Source: Patescibacteria group bacterium (GTDB taxonomy: Bacteria > Patescibacteriota > Patescibacteriia > Magasanikbacterales > GWA2-37-8). From it: 64,000 bases of DNA. The notes beneath the pieces were generated by a model, which did not search any database, was not told the origin of the DNA, and worked only from the letters and a program-made list of their open reading frames with translations. The stretch's first letter is position 1; every line of letters starts with the position of its first letter. Of the stretch, positions 27,879 through 35,928 are shown piece by piece. A program made the translations under genes and the position numbers. The stretch covers positions 75,646 to 139,645 of the forward strand of contig SCQK01000014.1 in the NCBI GenBank assembly GCA_004321885.1, read 5' to 3'.

Positions 27879-29033
27879 TCATTTTTTCTCCTGCCCCAGC
27901 CAGTAGGCCGCCAGCAAAGTGGCGATGGGCACGGATAGGGCCACGCCGATACTGCCCACCAGGGTGCGCACGATTTCCGTGGCAATGGTTTCGTTGTTTA
28001 TGGCTTGGGCCCAAGAGAGCGGCGGGTCGCGTTGAATATGAAACAGCAGTAAAACAGGCAAAGACGCTCCGGCGTAGGTTAAAAACAAAGTATTGACCAA
28101 GGCGCCCAAATGCGCGTTGCCGATTTTATAGGCTGATGTAAAAACTTGCGCGGGCGACAGCGACGGATTCGCGTTTTTTATTTCCCGCACTGCTTCAATT
28201 TGCCCCACGATTACATCATCAAGCACGCCGATGGCGCCGATAAGTATGCCGGATAGTAACAGGCCCTGAAAATTTATGGCGCCCTTGTTCGCGCCGATTA
28301 AAAACATGGCCTCTTCCTGCCCCAGGCCGGAAAGCCGCGCCAGTTTCGTGAAAAGCCAAGACAGAAAAAACGTGGCCGCCAGCGAGAGCAAAACACTGAC
28401 AATGGCCAGGTGGGATTTTTTATTCCAGCCTTCGTTTAAGTAAATAATGATGGCCAGCACCGCGAAGGCGCCAAACAAGGCGATGGGCAGGGGACTGACG
28501 CCTTTCATGAGCAAGGGCACAATTATTTTGATAATTAAAAAAAAGCTGATGGCCAAGCCGACCAGGGCCAGCAGGCCTTTTTTCTTGCCCACCAAAAGAA
28601 CCACGAGCGCGAAAATGAGAGTCAGCCACAACAGGGGAGTCTGGCGCACGTAATCTACTGCGTAAAAATTTTCCGTGCCATCGCTGCGCTTGACATAATT
28701 TACCAAAACCTTGTCGTTGACTTTATAAACTCCGGACGAGAGCACATCCAAATCGGAAATGCCGCTCACATTAAATTCTTTGTCTTCCCATTTTCCCTCC
28801 AGCCCGCGCAGAAGCAGATTTTGTTGGACGGCTTGGCGGCCGTCCGGGCGCGTCGTTTCTTTTTGTTCCAGTATTTTTATTACTTTGGCTTTGAAAACCG
28901 CTTCTGTTTCATTGGCCGCATACGTACCGGCTGGCAGAAACAAAATAAAAAACAGCGTCAAAATAAAAATAATGAATCGTTTACGTCCCTCCCTTAGGGG
29001 GAGGATAGAAGGGGTATGCATGATGTTATACAA
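27879..29033 (-). CDS. YibE/F-like polytopic membrane protein
   Basis: Signal/TM start, a roughly 100 aa extracytoplasmic segment, then 7-8 TM helices, as in the YibE/F family. The TTG/ATG start region contains a family-A palindrome translated as PSILPLREGRKR. Confidence 0.5.
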   Translation of the reverse strand: MYNIMHTPSILPLREGRKRFIIFILTLFFILFLPAGTYAANETEAVFKAKVIKILEQKETTRPDGRQAVQQNLLLRGLEGKWEDKEFNVSGISDLDVLSSGVYKVNDKVLVNYVKRSDGTENFYAVDYVRQTPLLWLTLIFALVVLLVGKKKGLLALVGLAISFFLIIKIIVPLLMKGVSPLPIALFGAFAVLAIIIYLNEGWNKKSHLAIVSVLLSLAATFFLSWLFTKLARLSGLGQEEAMFLIGANKGAINFQGLLLSGILIGAIGVLDDVIVGQIEAVREIKNANPSLSPAQVFTSAYKIGNAHLGALVNTLFLTYAGASLPVLLLFHIQRDPPLSWAQAINNETIATEIVRTLVGSIGVALSVPIATLLAAYWLGQEKK

Positions 29034-29034
29034 C

Positions 29035-29067
29035 AGTCATTCCCCCGACTTAGTCGGGGGAATCCAG
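29035..29067. repeat. family-B element (CCCCCGACTTAGTCGGGGG core) abutting the start of the 27879-29033 gene
   Basis: agtcattcccccgacttagtcgggggaatccag. Confidence 0.7.
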
Positions 29068-29074
29068 TCGTCAA

Positions 29075-29713
29075 CTAAAACAATATCGCCGCATGCGGCA
29101 TTCTCGCTTTCAAAGTCCTAATCGCGCTCTTGGGAATGGGATTGCCGATAAGGTTCAGCTCGGTCAGATTTTTTAATCCGGCGATGCCGGCGGGAACGGA
29201 CGTTAATTTGTTGTAAGAAAAATCCAAAATTTGCAGTGATTTAATTTCTAAAATTTTTGCCGGGATTGAGCGGTAGGTATTTTTGGCCAGAGATAAATGT
29301 GTGAGTTTTTTCAGGTTGGCGATTTCATCGGGCATGGTGTCAATTTTGTTTTCGCCGTAGTTTAGGGTTTCCAGGTTGCCGAGCTGGCCGATTTCGGCCG
29401 GGATGCCGGTCATATTATTATTGCTCGCGTCCAAGAATTTCAAATTTTGCAAATGGCGGATTTCGGCCGGCAAGGCGCCGGTGAGATTGTTGCCGGACAA
29501 GTCCAAAATTTCCAGCGCGGTTTTGCTAAAAATATCCATGGGTACTTTGGATAAGCCGCGCTCGCTAAGGTCAAGCTGGGTCTGGCTTTGCGGTATGCGC
29601 GGCGCGAAAGTTTTCAGCGCCCCATCCCGCGATTTGGCAAAGTATAAAATACCGGCCGCGGCCACAACGAGCAAAGCAATAATCGCTCCAAGCGTTACTT
29701 TTTTTTGAGGCAT
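29075..29713 (-). CDS. leucine-rich repeat protein, membrane anchored
   Basis: N-terminal TM helix (TLGAIIALLVVAAAGIL), then at least 7 LRRs (LDLSGNNLTGALPAEI, LDASNNNMTGIPAEI and others). Start at the ATG at 29713; the upstream ORF extension is made of palindromic repeats. Confidence 0.7.
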   Translation of the reverse strand: MPQKKVTLGAIIALLVVAAAGILYFAKSRDGALKTFAPRIPQSQTQLDLSERGLSKVPMDIFSKTALEILDLSGNNLTGALPAEIRHLQNLKFLDASNNNMTGIPAEIGQLGNLETLNYGENKIDTMPDEIANLKKLTHLSLAKNTYRSIPAKILEIKSLQILDFSYNKLTSVPAGIAGLKNLTELNLIGNPIPKSAIRTLKARMPHAAILF

Positions 29714-29727
29714 ATATTTGTGGTTCC

Positions 29728-29800
29728 TCTCCCCTTTACAAGGGGGAGGCTTGTCACCACACCAAAAATTTTGGTGTGGTGACAGAGAGGGGGTAATCCT
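29728..29800. repeat. nested palindromes: family-A CCCCTTTACAAGGGGGAGG, then CACCACACCAAAAATTTTGGTGTGGTG (an empty inverted-repeat pair of the tRNA-Gly element family), then AGAGAGGGGG
   Basis: Read directly in the intergenic region between the LRR gene and the SHOCT gene. Confidence 0.65.
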
Positions 29801-29801
29801 C

Positions 29802-30050
29802 TCACATTTCAATATCTTTTCTCATTTCCGCGAATTGCGCTTTGGTTATTTCGCCTTTGACGTATCTCTCTTTGAGAATGGCGAGCGCGTCGGCGCGCGT
29901 TGGGCTAGTTCTGGGCGGTTCGTGGTCGCGGCGCTCGCGCGAACCCTGCACCAGTGAAACAATACCCCATATCAGCGCCATCCAAAAAAGCAGCATAAAC
30001 ACCGGGCCGATAATTCCGTATCCTCCCCAGTTGGTAAATGGGAACATCAT
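29802..30050 (-). CDS. SHOCT-domain small membrane protein
   Basis: TM helix plus a C-terminal LAILKERYVKGEITKAQFAEMRKDI, the SHOCT motif. Confidence 0.5.
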   Translation of the reverse strand: MMFPFTNWGGYGIIGPVFMLLFWMALIWGIVSLVQGSRERRDHEPPRTSPTRADALAILKERYVKGEITKAQFAEMRKDIEM

Positions 30051-30057
30051 AAATTAT

Positions 30058-30092
30058 TGTCATTCCGGTCGCCTGCGGCGGCCGGAATCCAG
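30058..30092. repeat. family-B element tgtcattccggtcgcctgcggcggccggaatccag
   Basis: The same core also occurs at 47453-47487 in the opposite orientation. Confidence 0.7.
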
Positions 30093-30139
30093 TTAATTAG
30101 CTCATTCTATCTTAACAGATTATAATTTTTTGTCCATAA

Positions 30140-30168
30140 TTGACATTTTCGCTATTTTTTTCTATAAT
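30140..30168 (+). promoter_or_regulatory. consensus sigma-70 promoter TTGACA-17 bp-TATAAT
   Basis: ttgaca at 30140-30145 and tataat at 30163-30168. It reads into a family-B element, a tRNA-Asn 5'-half copy, the GIY-YIG gene and tRNA-Asn. Confidence 0.6.
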
Positions 30169-30172
30169 AGTT

Positions 30173-30200
30173 GTCATTCCGGACTTGATCCGGAATCCAG
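30173..30200. repeat. family-B element tgtcattccggacttgatccggaatccag placed 4 nt after the -10 box
   Basis: Read directly. Confidence 0.7.
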
Positions 30201-30218
30201 CTCCTTTGAAAATAAATT

Positions 30219-30262
30219 CCGGGGTAGCGCTCCGCCAGCCGGCGGAGGTAGCGCAGTTGGCT
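30219..30262 (+). repeat. partial copy of the tRNA-Asn 5' half (acceptor plus D-arm) with a 13 bp hairpin inserted in the D-loop
   Basis: TCCGGGGTAGCGC-tccgccAGCcggcgga-GGTAGCGCAG compared with the tRNA TCCGGGGTAGCGCAGCGGTAGCGCAG at 30502-30527. Confidence 0.65.
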
Positions 30263-30511
30263 GTGTATACTGTTTACGCTATTTACAATCAAAAAAACGA
30301 TAAAATTTATATTGGACAAACAAAAGACATGGCCGAACGATTAAGGTTGCATAATGAAAAAATCCTTCTTGGTTATACTTATAGATTTGATGGAAATTGG
30401 AAATTAATTTATAGTGTACAGATCGAGAATAGACAAAAAGCTTTACAAAGAGAGAGACAACTTAAAAGTTTTAGAGGCAGAGAATTTATAAAACAATTTA
30501 TTCCGGGGTAG
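30258..30511 (+). CDS. GIY-YIG nuclease family protein (small, YhbQ/UPF0213-like)
   Basis: VYTVYAIYNQKNDKIYIGQTKDMAERLRLHNE is the GIY-YIG core. A GTG start at 30258 lies inside the tRNA-half copy, and the stop overlaps tRNA-Asn by 10 nt. Confidence 0.6.
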
Positions 30512-30573
30512 CGCAGCGGTAGCGCAGAGGACTGTTAATCCTTTGGTCGTGGGTTCGAATCCCACCCCCGGAG
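30502..30573 (+). tRNA. tRNA-Asn(GTT)
   Basis: TCCGGGG-TA-GCGCAGCGGTAGCGC-A-GAGGA-CTGTTAA-TCCTT-TGGTC-GTGGGTTCGAATCCCAC-CCCCGGA-G. Confidence 0.85.
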
Positions 30574-30578
30574 CAAAA

Positions 30579-30707
30579 ACAAAAATACTGGTAATATCCA
30601 GTATTTTTGCTTTTGCTCGGAATACACGAAAAAATACGAACGGATTTGGGCGAATTTTAGGGCGCGGGCGAAATTCCCTCCCCACACCCCTTCCTTTCGC
30701 CCGCGAA
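30579..30707. repeat. left terminal inverted repeat of the island
   Basis: See the island feature. The outermost hairpin probably also terminates tRNA-Asn. Confidence 0.7.
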
Positions 30708-30883
30708 GCGAAACGGGGGCTCTGGTGGACAAAAACTGCCAAAGAACCCGTAAAAAATGTCGGCCGAACTTTATGTTGGCCAAAAGCAAACTTTTCTCTT
30801 TGATATTGAATTACGATTGTTAAAGTGATATAATCAAGTCAATGAGCGTCCCATTCTTGCTATCTTATGTATACTATCATACT

Positions 30884-31090
30884 ATGGAAGAAAAGAAAAC
30901 AATCGGCGAAAAAATAAAAAAATGGAGAGCGAAGAAAGATTTGACACAAGACGCCTTGGCAAAAAAGGCGGATATTCCATATAGCACGATTGCTAAAATT
31001 GAATCAGATGTTATTACGAGGCCAACAATACAGACAGTGCAAAAGCTGGCCGTTGGTTTGGGTATAACACTTGATGAATTATTAAAATAG
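30884..31090 (+). CDS. XRE-family HTH protein, probable C (controller) protein of the R-M module
   Basis: TIGEKIKKWRAKKDLTQDALAKKADIPYSTIAKIE is an HTH_XRE motif, about 70 aa. An extended -10 TGATATAAT sits at 30826-30834, and the gene lies immediately upstream of the methyltransferase (stop-ATG overlap). The ORF also opens at 30842, a possible leaderless start. Confidence 0.55.
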   Translation: MEEKKTIGEKIKKWRAKKDLTQDALAKKADIPYSTIAKIESDVITRPTIQTVQKLAVGLGITLDELLK

Positions 31091-31091
31091 T

Positions 31092-31973
31092 ATGGTTAAA
31101 GGTCACAAAGTGAAAAATGAAAAAATCGATAAAAAAATAGCTTTTGGTTGGTATGGCGGTAAGTTTAGTCATCTTGACTGGCTTTTGCCGCTGTTGCCGG
31201 AAACCGATCATTTTTGTGAGCCGTTTGGTGGCTCTGCTGCCGTTATCATAAACAGAAATCCTTCTTTAATCGAAACATATAATGATTTAGATGGCGAGGT
31301 AGTTAATTTCTTCAGAGTATTAAGGGAACATCCTAACGATCTTATAAGACAAATTGGGCTTACTCCATTTTCGAGGGAAGAATTCAAATATGCTATTGAA
31401 CACGAAGATGATAAAAATCTTTCAGATATTGAGAGGGCTAGGTCTTTTTTTATCCGCGCAAGGCAGGTTAGGACTGGACTTGCTCAAAAAGCTACTTCTG
31501 GTAGATGGGCAAATTGTAAATTAACTTCCAGAGCCGGAATGTCAGGTGCGGTCTCGAGGTGGTTGGGAAGTGTTGACGGGCTAACAGAGATTGCGGAAAG
31601 GCTTTTACGAATACAAATTGAAAATGCTCCTGCAATTGAAGTTGTAAGGCGATATGATAGCCCACAGACCTTATTTTACTGTGATCCTCCGTATACACAT
31701 GATTCTCGAGGTGATATAAATGCCTATAAATTTGAAATGGACAGGGATGCGCATGTCGAACTGGCCGAAACACTAAAACAGGTTAAGGGGTTAGTCGCTA
31801 TATCGGGTTACGACTCTCCCCTAATGAACGAGCTGTATCAAGGATGGAAAAAAATCGCTGGGCCAGTAAAAAATGCAAATTCTATACAACAACCTAGACA
31901 AGAAATTTTATGGGTTAATTATAATATTAATGATAAATCTTTATGGAAAAAGCAGCAAAGATCCTTGATATAA
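31092..31973 (+). CDS. N6-adenine DNA methyltransferase, Dam/D12 class
   Basis: FxGxG motif EPFGGSAAV and catalytic DPPY (LFYCDPPYTHDS). Confidence 0.8.
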   Translation: MVKGHKVKNEKIDKKIAFGWYGGKFSHLDWLLPLLPETDHFCEPFGGSAAVIINRNPSLIETYNDLDGEVVNFFRVLREHPNDLIRQIGLTPFSREEFKYAIEHEDDKNLSDIERARSFFIRARQVRTGLAQKATSGRWANCKLTSRAGMSGAVSRWLGSVDGLTEIAERLLRIQIENAPAIEVVRRYDSPQTLFYCDPPYTHDSRGDINAYKFEMDRDAHVELAETLKQVKGLVAISGYDSPLMNELYQGWKKIAGPVKNANSIQQPRQEILWVNYNINDKSLWKKQQRSLI

Positions 31974-33064
31974 TTTTGAAAAAAACTAATGGGCATCTAG
32001 AAAAACCTTTTATAAAAAATAGGGAGATTTTGCGGAAAATAGAATTTATTTCTCATAATATTCAAAATCGAGCCGGCGTCCGCCTTATTATGTCTTGCTT
32101 ACTGGCGAAACTTGACGATCCAAAAGTTGATGTAAGAAAACCTTATACGGAGATTGGCAGTCGTGATAGTTTTTCGGGCAGAACATATGACGAGGCCTAT
32201 GTCGGCAGTTTTATCACTAAACATCACTTGCCGTGTAATCCAACAACAGCGTTTTTGACGCCAGCTCTACGTAATAGAAATATTGTACTTACGCCAAAAG
32301 TAAATTTAGTCGGCAGGCCACCAGAAATTTATCAATACGTTCTCGACCTCCTAGAATTAGTATTTAAAGGATTTCTTGCCCCAGCCATTCTGCTTGCGGA
32401 AATAATGCGACAACTTGTTCTTTTACGAGATGAAAATCAAAAACGTATAAAATCTTTGTTAAAGAATCTCGGGAAAAATGGTAGTGTGCCTCTTTCGGGT
32501 GAAGACATAATAAAACTTATTGAGCAACATTTAAATTGCAAAGGAGCCAGCAGACTTCCCGTACTTATCGTGGCCGCTGCTTACAACACTATTGGAAATT
32601 TCATCCAAGAAAAAGTATTACCTATCTTTTCTCACAATTCTGCAGATAAACAAACTGGTGCGCTCGGCGATATACAAATTACGTTAATTAATGACGAGAA
32701 TGTAGTAACTAGTTATGAGATGAAGATGAAGAAGGTCACAAAGGACGACATTGATATCGCTCTGCAAAAAATTTCGGGAGTTAAGTACAAAATAGATAAT
32801 TATATTTTTATAACGACGGATATAATAGATGATTCGGTAAAAGAATATGCGAAATCACTTTATGAGCAAACCGGCGGAATAGAGATAGTTGTCTTAGATT
32901 GTATTAGTTTTCTTAGGCATTTTATTCATTTATTCCACCGCTTCAGATTGCCATATCTTGAAGAGTATCAAAAGTTGGTGATGGGTGAAGCAGACAGCGC
33001 GGTCAGTCAGCCCCTTAAAGAGGCATTTCTTGCTCTTCGACAGGCAACAGAAAGCGCGAATTAA
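31943..33064 (+). CDS. putative type II restriction endonuclease (PD-(D/E)xK-like)
   Basis: Overlaps the methyltransferase gene by 31 nt. GDIQITLINDENVVTSYEMK fits a D...ExK nuclease motif. Its position in a C-M-R array supports the call. Confidence 0.45.
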   Translation: MEKAAKILDIILKKTNGHLEKPFIKNREILRKIEFISHNIQNRAGVRLIMSCLLAKLDDPKVDVRKPYTEIGSRDSFSGRTYDEAYVGSFITKHHLPCNPTTAFLTPALRNRNIVLTPKVNLVGRPPEIYQYVLDLLELVFKGFLAPAILLAEIMRQLVLLRDENQKRIKSLLKNLGKNGSVPLSGEDIIKLIEQHLNCKGASRLPVLIVAAAYNTIGNFIQEKVLPIFSHNSADKQTGALGDIQITLINDENVVTSYEMKMKKVTKDDIDIALQKISGVKYKIDNYIFITTDIIDDSVKEYAKSLYEQTGGIEIVVLDCISFLRHFIHLFHRFRLPYLEEYQKLVMGEADSAVSQPLKEAFLALRQATESAN

Positions 33065-33145
33065 TGCAATAAAATAGTAAAAATGCAACCTTTTTCGGTG
33101 TGCGACGTTATATTATTGGGAGCTAAATATGACGATTATTAAAAA

Positions 33146-33802
33146 GTGTTTATCTTTATGGATATTGAAGCCGAAAAAGAACAAATCGTGAAGGCCCAAA
33201 GTAATATCAAGGAGTTTGCGCCTTTATTTGATGAATATTACCCCCAAATACTTAAATATTTAATAGGGCGTATCCGCAGTGTGGAAATTGCCCAGGATAT
33301 TGCATCTGTTACATTCTTGAAAGCCTTAGAGAATATAAAAAAATTTAACTGTCGGGGGATTAGCATATCATCGTGGCTGTACCGAATAGCTACGAACGAG
33401 GTCACTACATATTTTAGAAAAAATAAAACCCTTTCACTCGATGAGATAAGGGCATGTGAAAATTTTGATCCGCCCGCTATCGGCAACCCGTACATTGAAA
33501 TTGTCCAGGCGCAGGAAAAAATTGAAAATGATAAAAAATTTTTGAATCTACAAAATGAGATTCTAAAATTACATATAAATTATCAAGAAGTCATAATGTT
33601 GCGATATTTCGAGAAAAAACAAATAAATGAGATAGCAGAAATTTTAAATAAAAGCGAGGGGACGATTAAATCTCTCCTCCATCGAGGTTTGAAAAAATTA
33701 AAAAAAAATTTTCAACTACACAACAGTGACGCCAGAACGCAACCTTTTCAAAATAAAAACGTTCTAAATATAGAACAGGTACTAGTACCCATAAAATTAT
33801 GA
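33146..33802 (+). CDS. ECF-type sigma-70 family sigma factor encoded on the island
   Basis: Region 2 (FDEYYPQILKYLIGRIRSVEIAQDIASVTFLKALENIKKF...WLYRIATNEV) and region 4 (QEVIMLRYFEKKQINEIAEILNKSEGTIKSLLHRGLKKL). Confidence 0.8.
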   Translation: MFIFMDIEAEKEQIVKAQSNIKEFAPLFDEYYPQILKYLIGRIRSVEIAQDIASVTFLKALENIKKFNCRGISISSWLYRIATNEVTTYFRKNKTLSLDEIRACENFDPPAIGNPYIEIVQAQEKIENDKKFLNLQNEILKLHINYQEVIMLRYFEKKQINEIAEILNKSEGTIKSLLHRGLKKLKKNFQLHNSDARTQPFQNKNVLNIEQVLVPIKL

Positions 33803-34041
33803 ATGACCTACAGGAGTTAGAAAAAATGTTAGAGGAGATCGAGGTTCCGTCTGTGGACTTAAATATAAATAAGGAGTTGTTGAAGAGTTACCTATTTAGA
33901 AATGAGCGGGTTGAATTTGAGAGCAGCAAACAAGATAACTCCATATTTGCCCCGCAGTTTGAATTTTTACCTTGTCCGTCATTTACGTATGATTATTTAA
34001 TTAATGATTTTAATTCAACTACATATGTCCTTAGTTATTAA
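33799..34041 (+). CDS. hypothetical small protein (positioned like an anti-sigma factor or adaptor)
   Basis: 80 aa. It overlaps the sigma gene stop and the next gene's start. No motif was recognised. Confidence 0.3.
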   Translation: MNDLQELEKMLEEIEVPSVDLNINKELLKSYLFRNERVEFESSKQDNSIFAPQFEFLPCPSFTYDYLINDFNSTTYVLSY

Positions 34042-34987
34042 TGTAACCACACCCGAAGGAATTGTGTTAGCAGCTGATAGTCGTCAAAGCTACCGCAACC
34101 AAAAAGGCGCAGCCCGTATAGGCAGCGATAACGCTTCGAAACTGTTTAAATTAAACGACCGGATAGCTGTTGCAGCTACAGGCATGGCCTTTTTACCTGA
34201 AAAAGGAATGCTTAAAAATATAAGTAAATTTATAGAACAATTTAAAAAAATTGAAATTGAAAAAATAGAAAATATATCAGTTAAGGAAACGGCAGAAAAA
34301 ATTCATGAATATTTCAAAAGTATATACAAAGTAGAAGACCAGATAAGGGCAATTGAGCAGCAAATTACAAATGATATCGCAAAAAACGGGGGTAAAATAT
34401 TGAGAACAGACGCTAAAAAAAATATAGTTATTGTAGAGTTTGAAGATGCAAATGGGAAAAAAGGTGTTGCCAACGTAGTTCTGGAGCCCTTGAATTTCAT
34501 GGTGGCTGGTTTTAATAGCAATTTCGATTCGCACGAGGTTTACACGTGTAGAATACCGGGGGGGATAGAATTAAAAAGAAATAGTAGCGTGGATAATAAA
34601 GAGTATGGCGCCTCGTGGGAAGGGCAAAATGATGTGGTAGCGCGAATTGTCTTGGGTTTTGATCCTAGGATAGGGAATATAAAATTTGTACAAGAAGCAG
34701 CGGAAAAAATTGGGAAGGATCAAATTAATGAACAGCTTAGAAATTTAGAATACGCAATACAATGGGGCACCATGACTTTGCAAGATGCTATCGACTTTTG
34801 TGTGTTAATTATAAAAACAACCTCAGCCATTCAAAGATTTTCGGATGGCATTAAAGCTGATCCTGGTGCAATCCCTGGCGTGGGCGGCTCCATCGATGTG
34901 GTGGTCATCAGACCAGAAGAGGGGTTTAATTGGGTAAGTAAAAAGAAGTTATCTATCAATGAAAATTGTTCAGAAATAAATTTTTAA
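34025..34987 (+). CDS. proteasome beta / HslV-like Ntn-hydrolase with C-terminal extension
   Basis: VINV|TTPEGIVLAADSRQSY...ASKLFKLNDRIAVAATGMA matches the N-terminal Thr nucleophile and GxxxD/R pattern of the proteasome beta/HslV family. The start could also be the ATG at 34004. Confidence 0.5.
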   Translation: MSLVINVTTPEGIVLAADSRQSYRNQKGAARIGSDNASKLFKLNDRIAVAATGMAFLPEKGMLKNISKFIEQFKKIEIEKIENISVKETAEKIHEYFKSIYKVEDQIRAIEQQITNDIAKNGGKILRTDAKKNIVIVEFEDANGKKGVANVVLEPLNFMVAGFNSNFDSHEVYTCRIPGGIELKRNSSVDNKEYGASWEGQNDVVARIVLGFDPRIGNIKFVQEAAEKIGKDQINEQLRNLEYAIQWGTMTLQDAIDFCVLIIKTTSAIQRFSDGIKADPGAIPGVGGSIDVVVIRPEEGFNWVSKKKLSINENCSEINF

Positions 34988-35011
34988 TAAATTATTTTTA
35001 ACTAATAGTTT

Positions 35012-35656
35012 ATGAAAAAACCTCTTTATATAATGCTCCATCACTCGGCTGTTTCATACGACAAAAATCCAGATCAATTTGATGCAAATAATAATTACCA
35101 TAAAGCACAGTGGAATTTTAAAGGTTCCCTTGGTTTTTATCTTGGTTACAATTACGAAATATCTAAAACCGGCCTGACACGACAAGCCCGAGCAGACGGT
35201 GAAGTTACGGCAGCATGCTATCAAAAAGATATGAACGATGGTAGGTGTATACATATTTGTATGGATGGCCACTTCGATCAAGAAAAACCAACGCCAGAAC
35301 AAATAGAGGCGTTAAGAAAATTGCTAAAACAAAAATTCGAGGAGCACAATATCAAAAGAGAGAACTTAATTTTTCATAGGGATTACGCCCCTAAAACCTG
35401 TCCGGGGTCTAATTTAGACATAAAAAATATTCGCGATCTTGCCACACCGGAAGGCAATGAATTGTACGCAGCCGCATTGACGCTTATGAAAGAGAATAAT
35501 TCACCAGCTATTTACTTTTTCGGTTTTGATAATATGTGGCACGGACTTGGGGATATGGATATTTTAAAATCATTAAAAGGAAACTATAATCCAGTAGAAA
35601 TAATGAAAGTAGAAAATCTCCCTGATAATATTTCATTTTCAATAGGCAAACAATAA
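35012..35656 (+). CDS. N-acetylmuramoyl-L-alanine amidase, PGRP/amidase_2 type (endolysin-like)
   Basis: MLHHSA...H...GYNYEI...HICMDGHFD...IFHRDYAPKTCPG matches the zinc-binding pattern of T7-lysozyme-type amidases. Confidence 0.75.
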   Translation: MKKPLYIMLHHSAVSYDKNPDQFDANNNYHKAQWNFKGSLGFYLGYNYEISKTGLTRQARADGEVTAACYQKDMNDGRCIHICMDGHFDQEKPTPEQIEALRKLLKQKFEEHNIKRENLIFHRDYAPKTCPGSNLDIKNIRDLATPEGNELYAAALTLMKENNSPAIYFFGFDNMWHGLGDMDILKSLKGNYNPVEIMKVENLPDNISFSIGKQ

Positions 35657-35777
35657 AAAGCTGCGTTTCCGCCAAAGCCGAGCGAAGCTCGGTATCCCGC
35701 CGCAACAAGTAGCGTCGGGATGAAAAACTGGAAATCGTCATTCGTCGGAGATCCCTCCGCCCAAGGCGGGCAGGCAC

Positions 35778-35905
35778 CGCGGGCGGAAGGAAGGGGTGTG
35801 GGGAGGGAATTCCGCCCGCGCCCTAAAATTCGCCCAAATCCGTTCGTATCTTTTCATAAGTCCCGAGCAAAAGTAAAAATACTGGTAATATCCAGTATTT
35901 TTTGT
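35778..35905. repeat. right terminal inverted repeat of the island
   Basis: Reverse complement of the left inverted repeat. Confidence 0.7.
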
Positions 35906-35928
35906 TACTATGTTAGTAAATAAAATTT

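Larger units (their letters stand above)
30579..35905. mobile_element. 5.3 kb AT-rich genomic island bounded by about 127 bp imperfect inverted repeats, inserted immediately 3' of tRNA-Asn; no integrase or transposase
   Basis: 30579-30707 and the reverse complement of 35778-35905 align at about 90% identity. Both begin with the palindrome AAAAATACTGG-loop-CCAGTATTTTT. The interior is visibly AT-rich compared with the flanks. Confidence 0.7.

Noticed and set aside
30263-30500. Group I intron housing the GIY-YIG ORF
   Set aside because: The interval is far too short for a group I ribozyme core, and it is followed by a complete tRNA rather than a 3' exon alone. A free-standing endonuclease gene with a duplicated tRNA 5' half is more parsimonious.
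30579-35905. Integrase/transposase within the island
   Set aside because: I searched all six frames in the ORF track for recombinase-like motifs (tyrosine recombinase R..HxxR..Y, DDE, serine recombinase) and found none. The island is therefore called non-autonomous.
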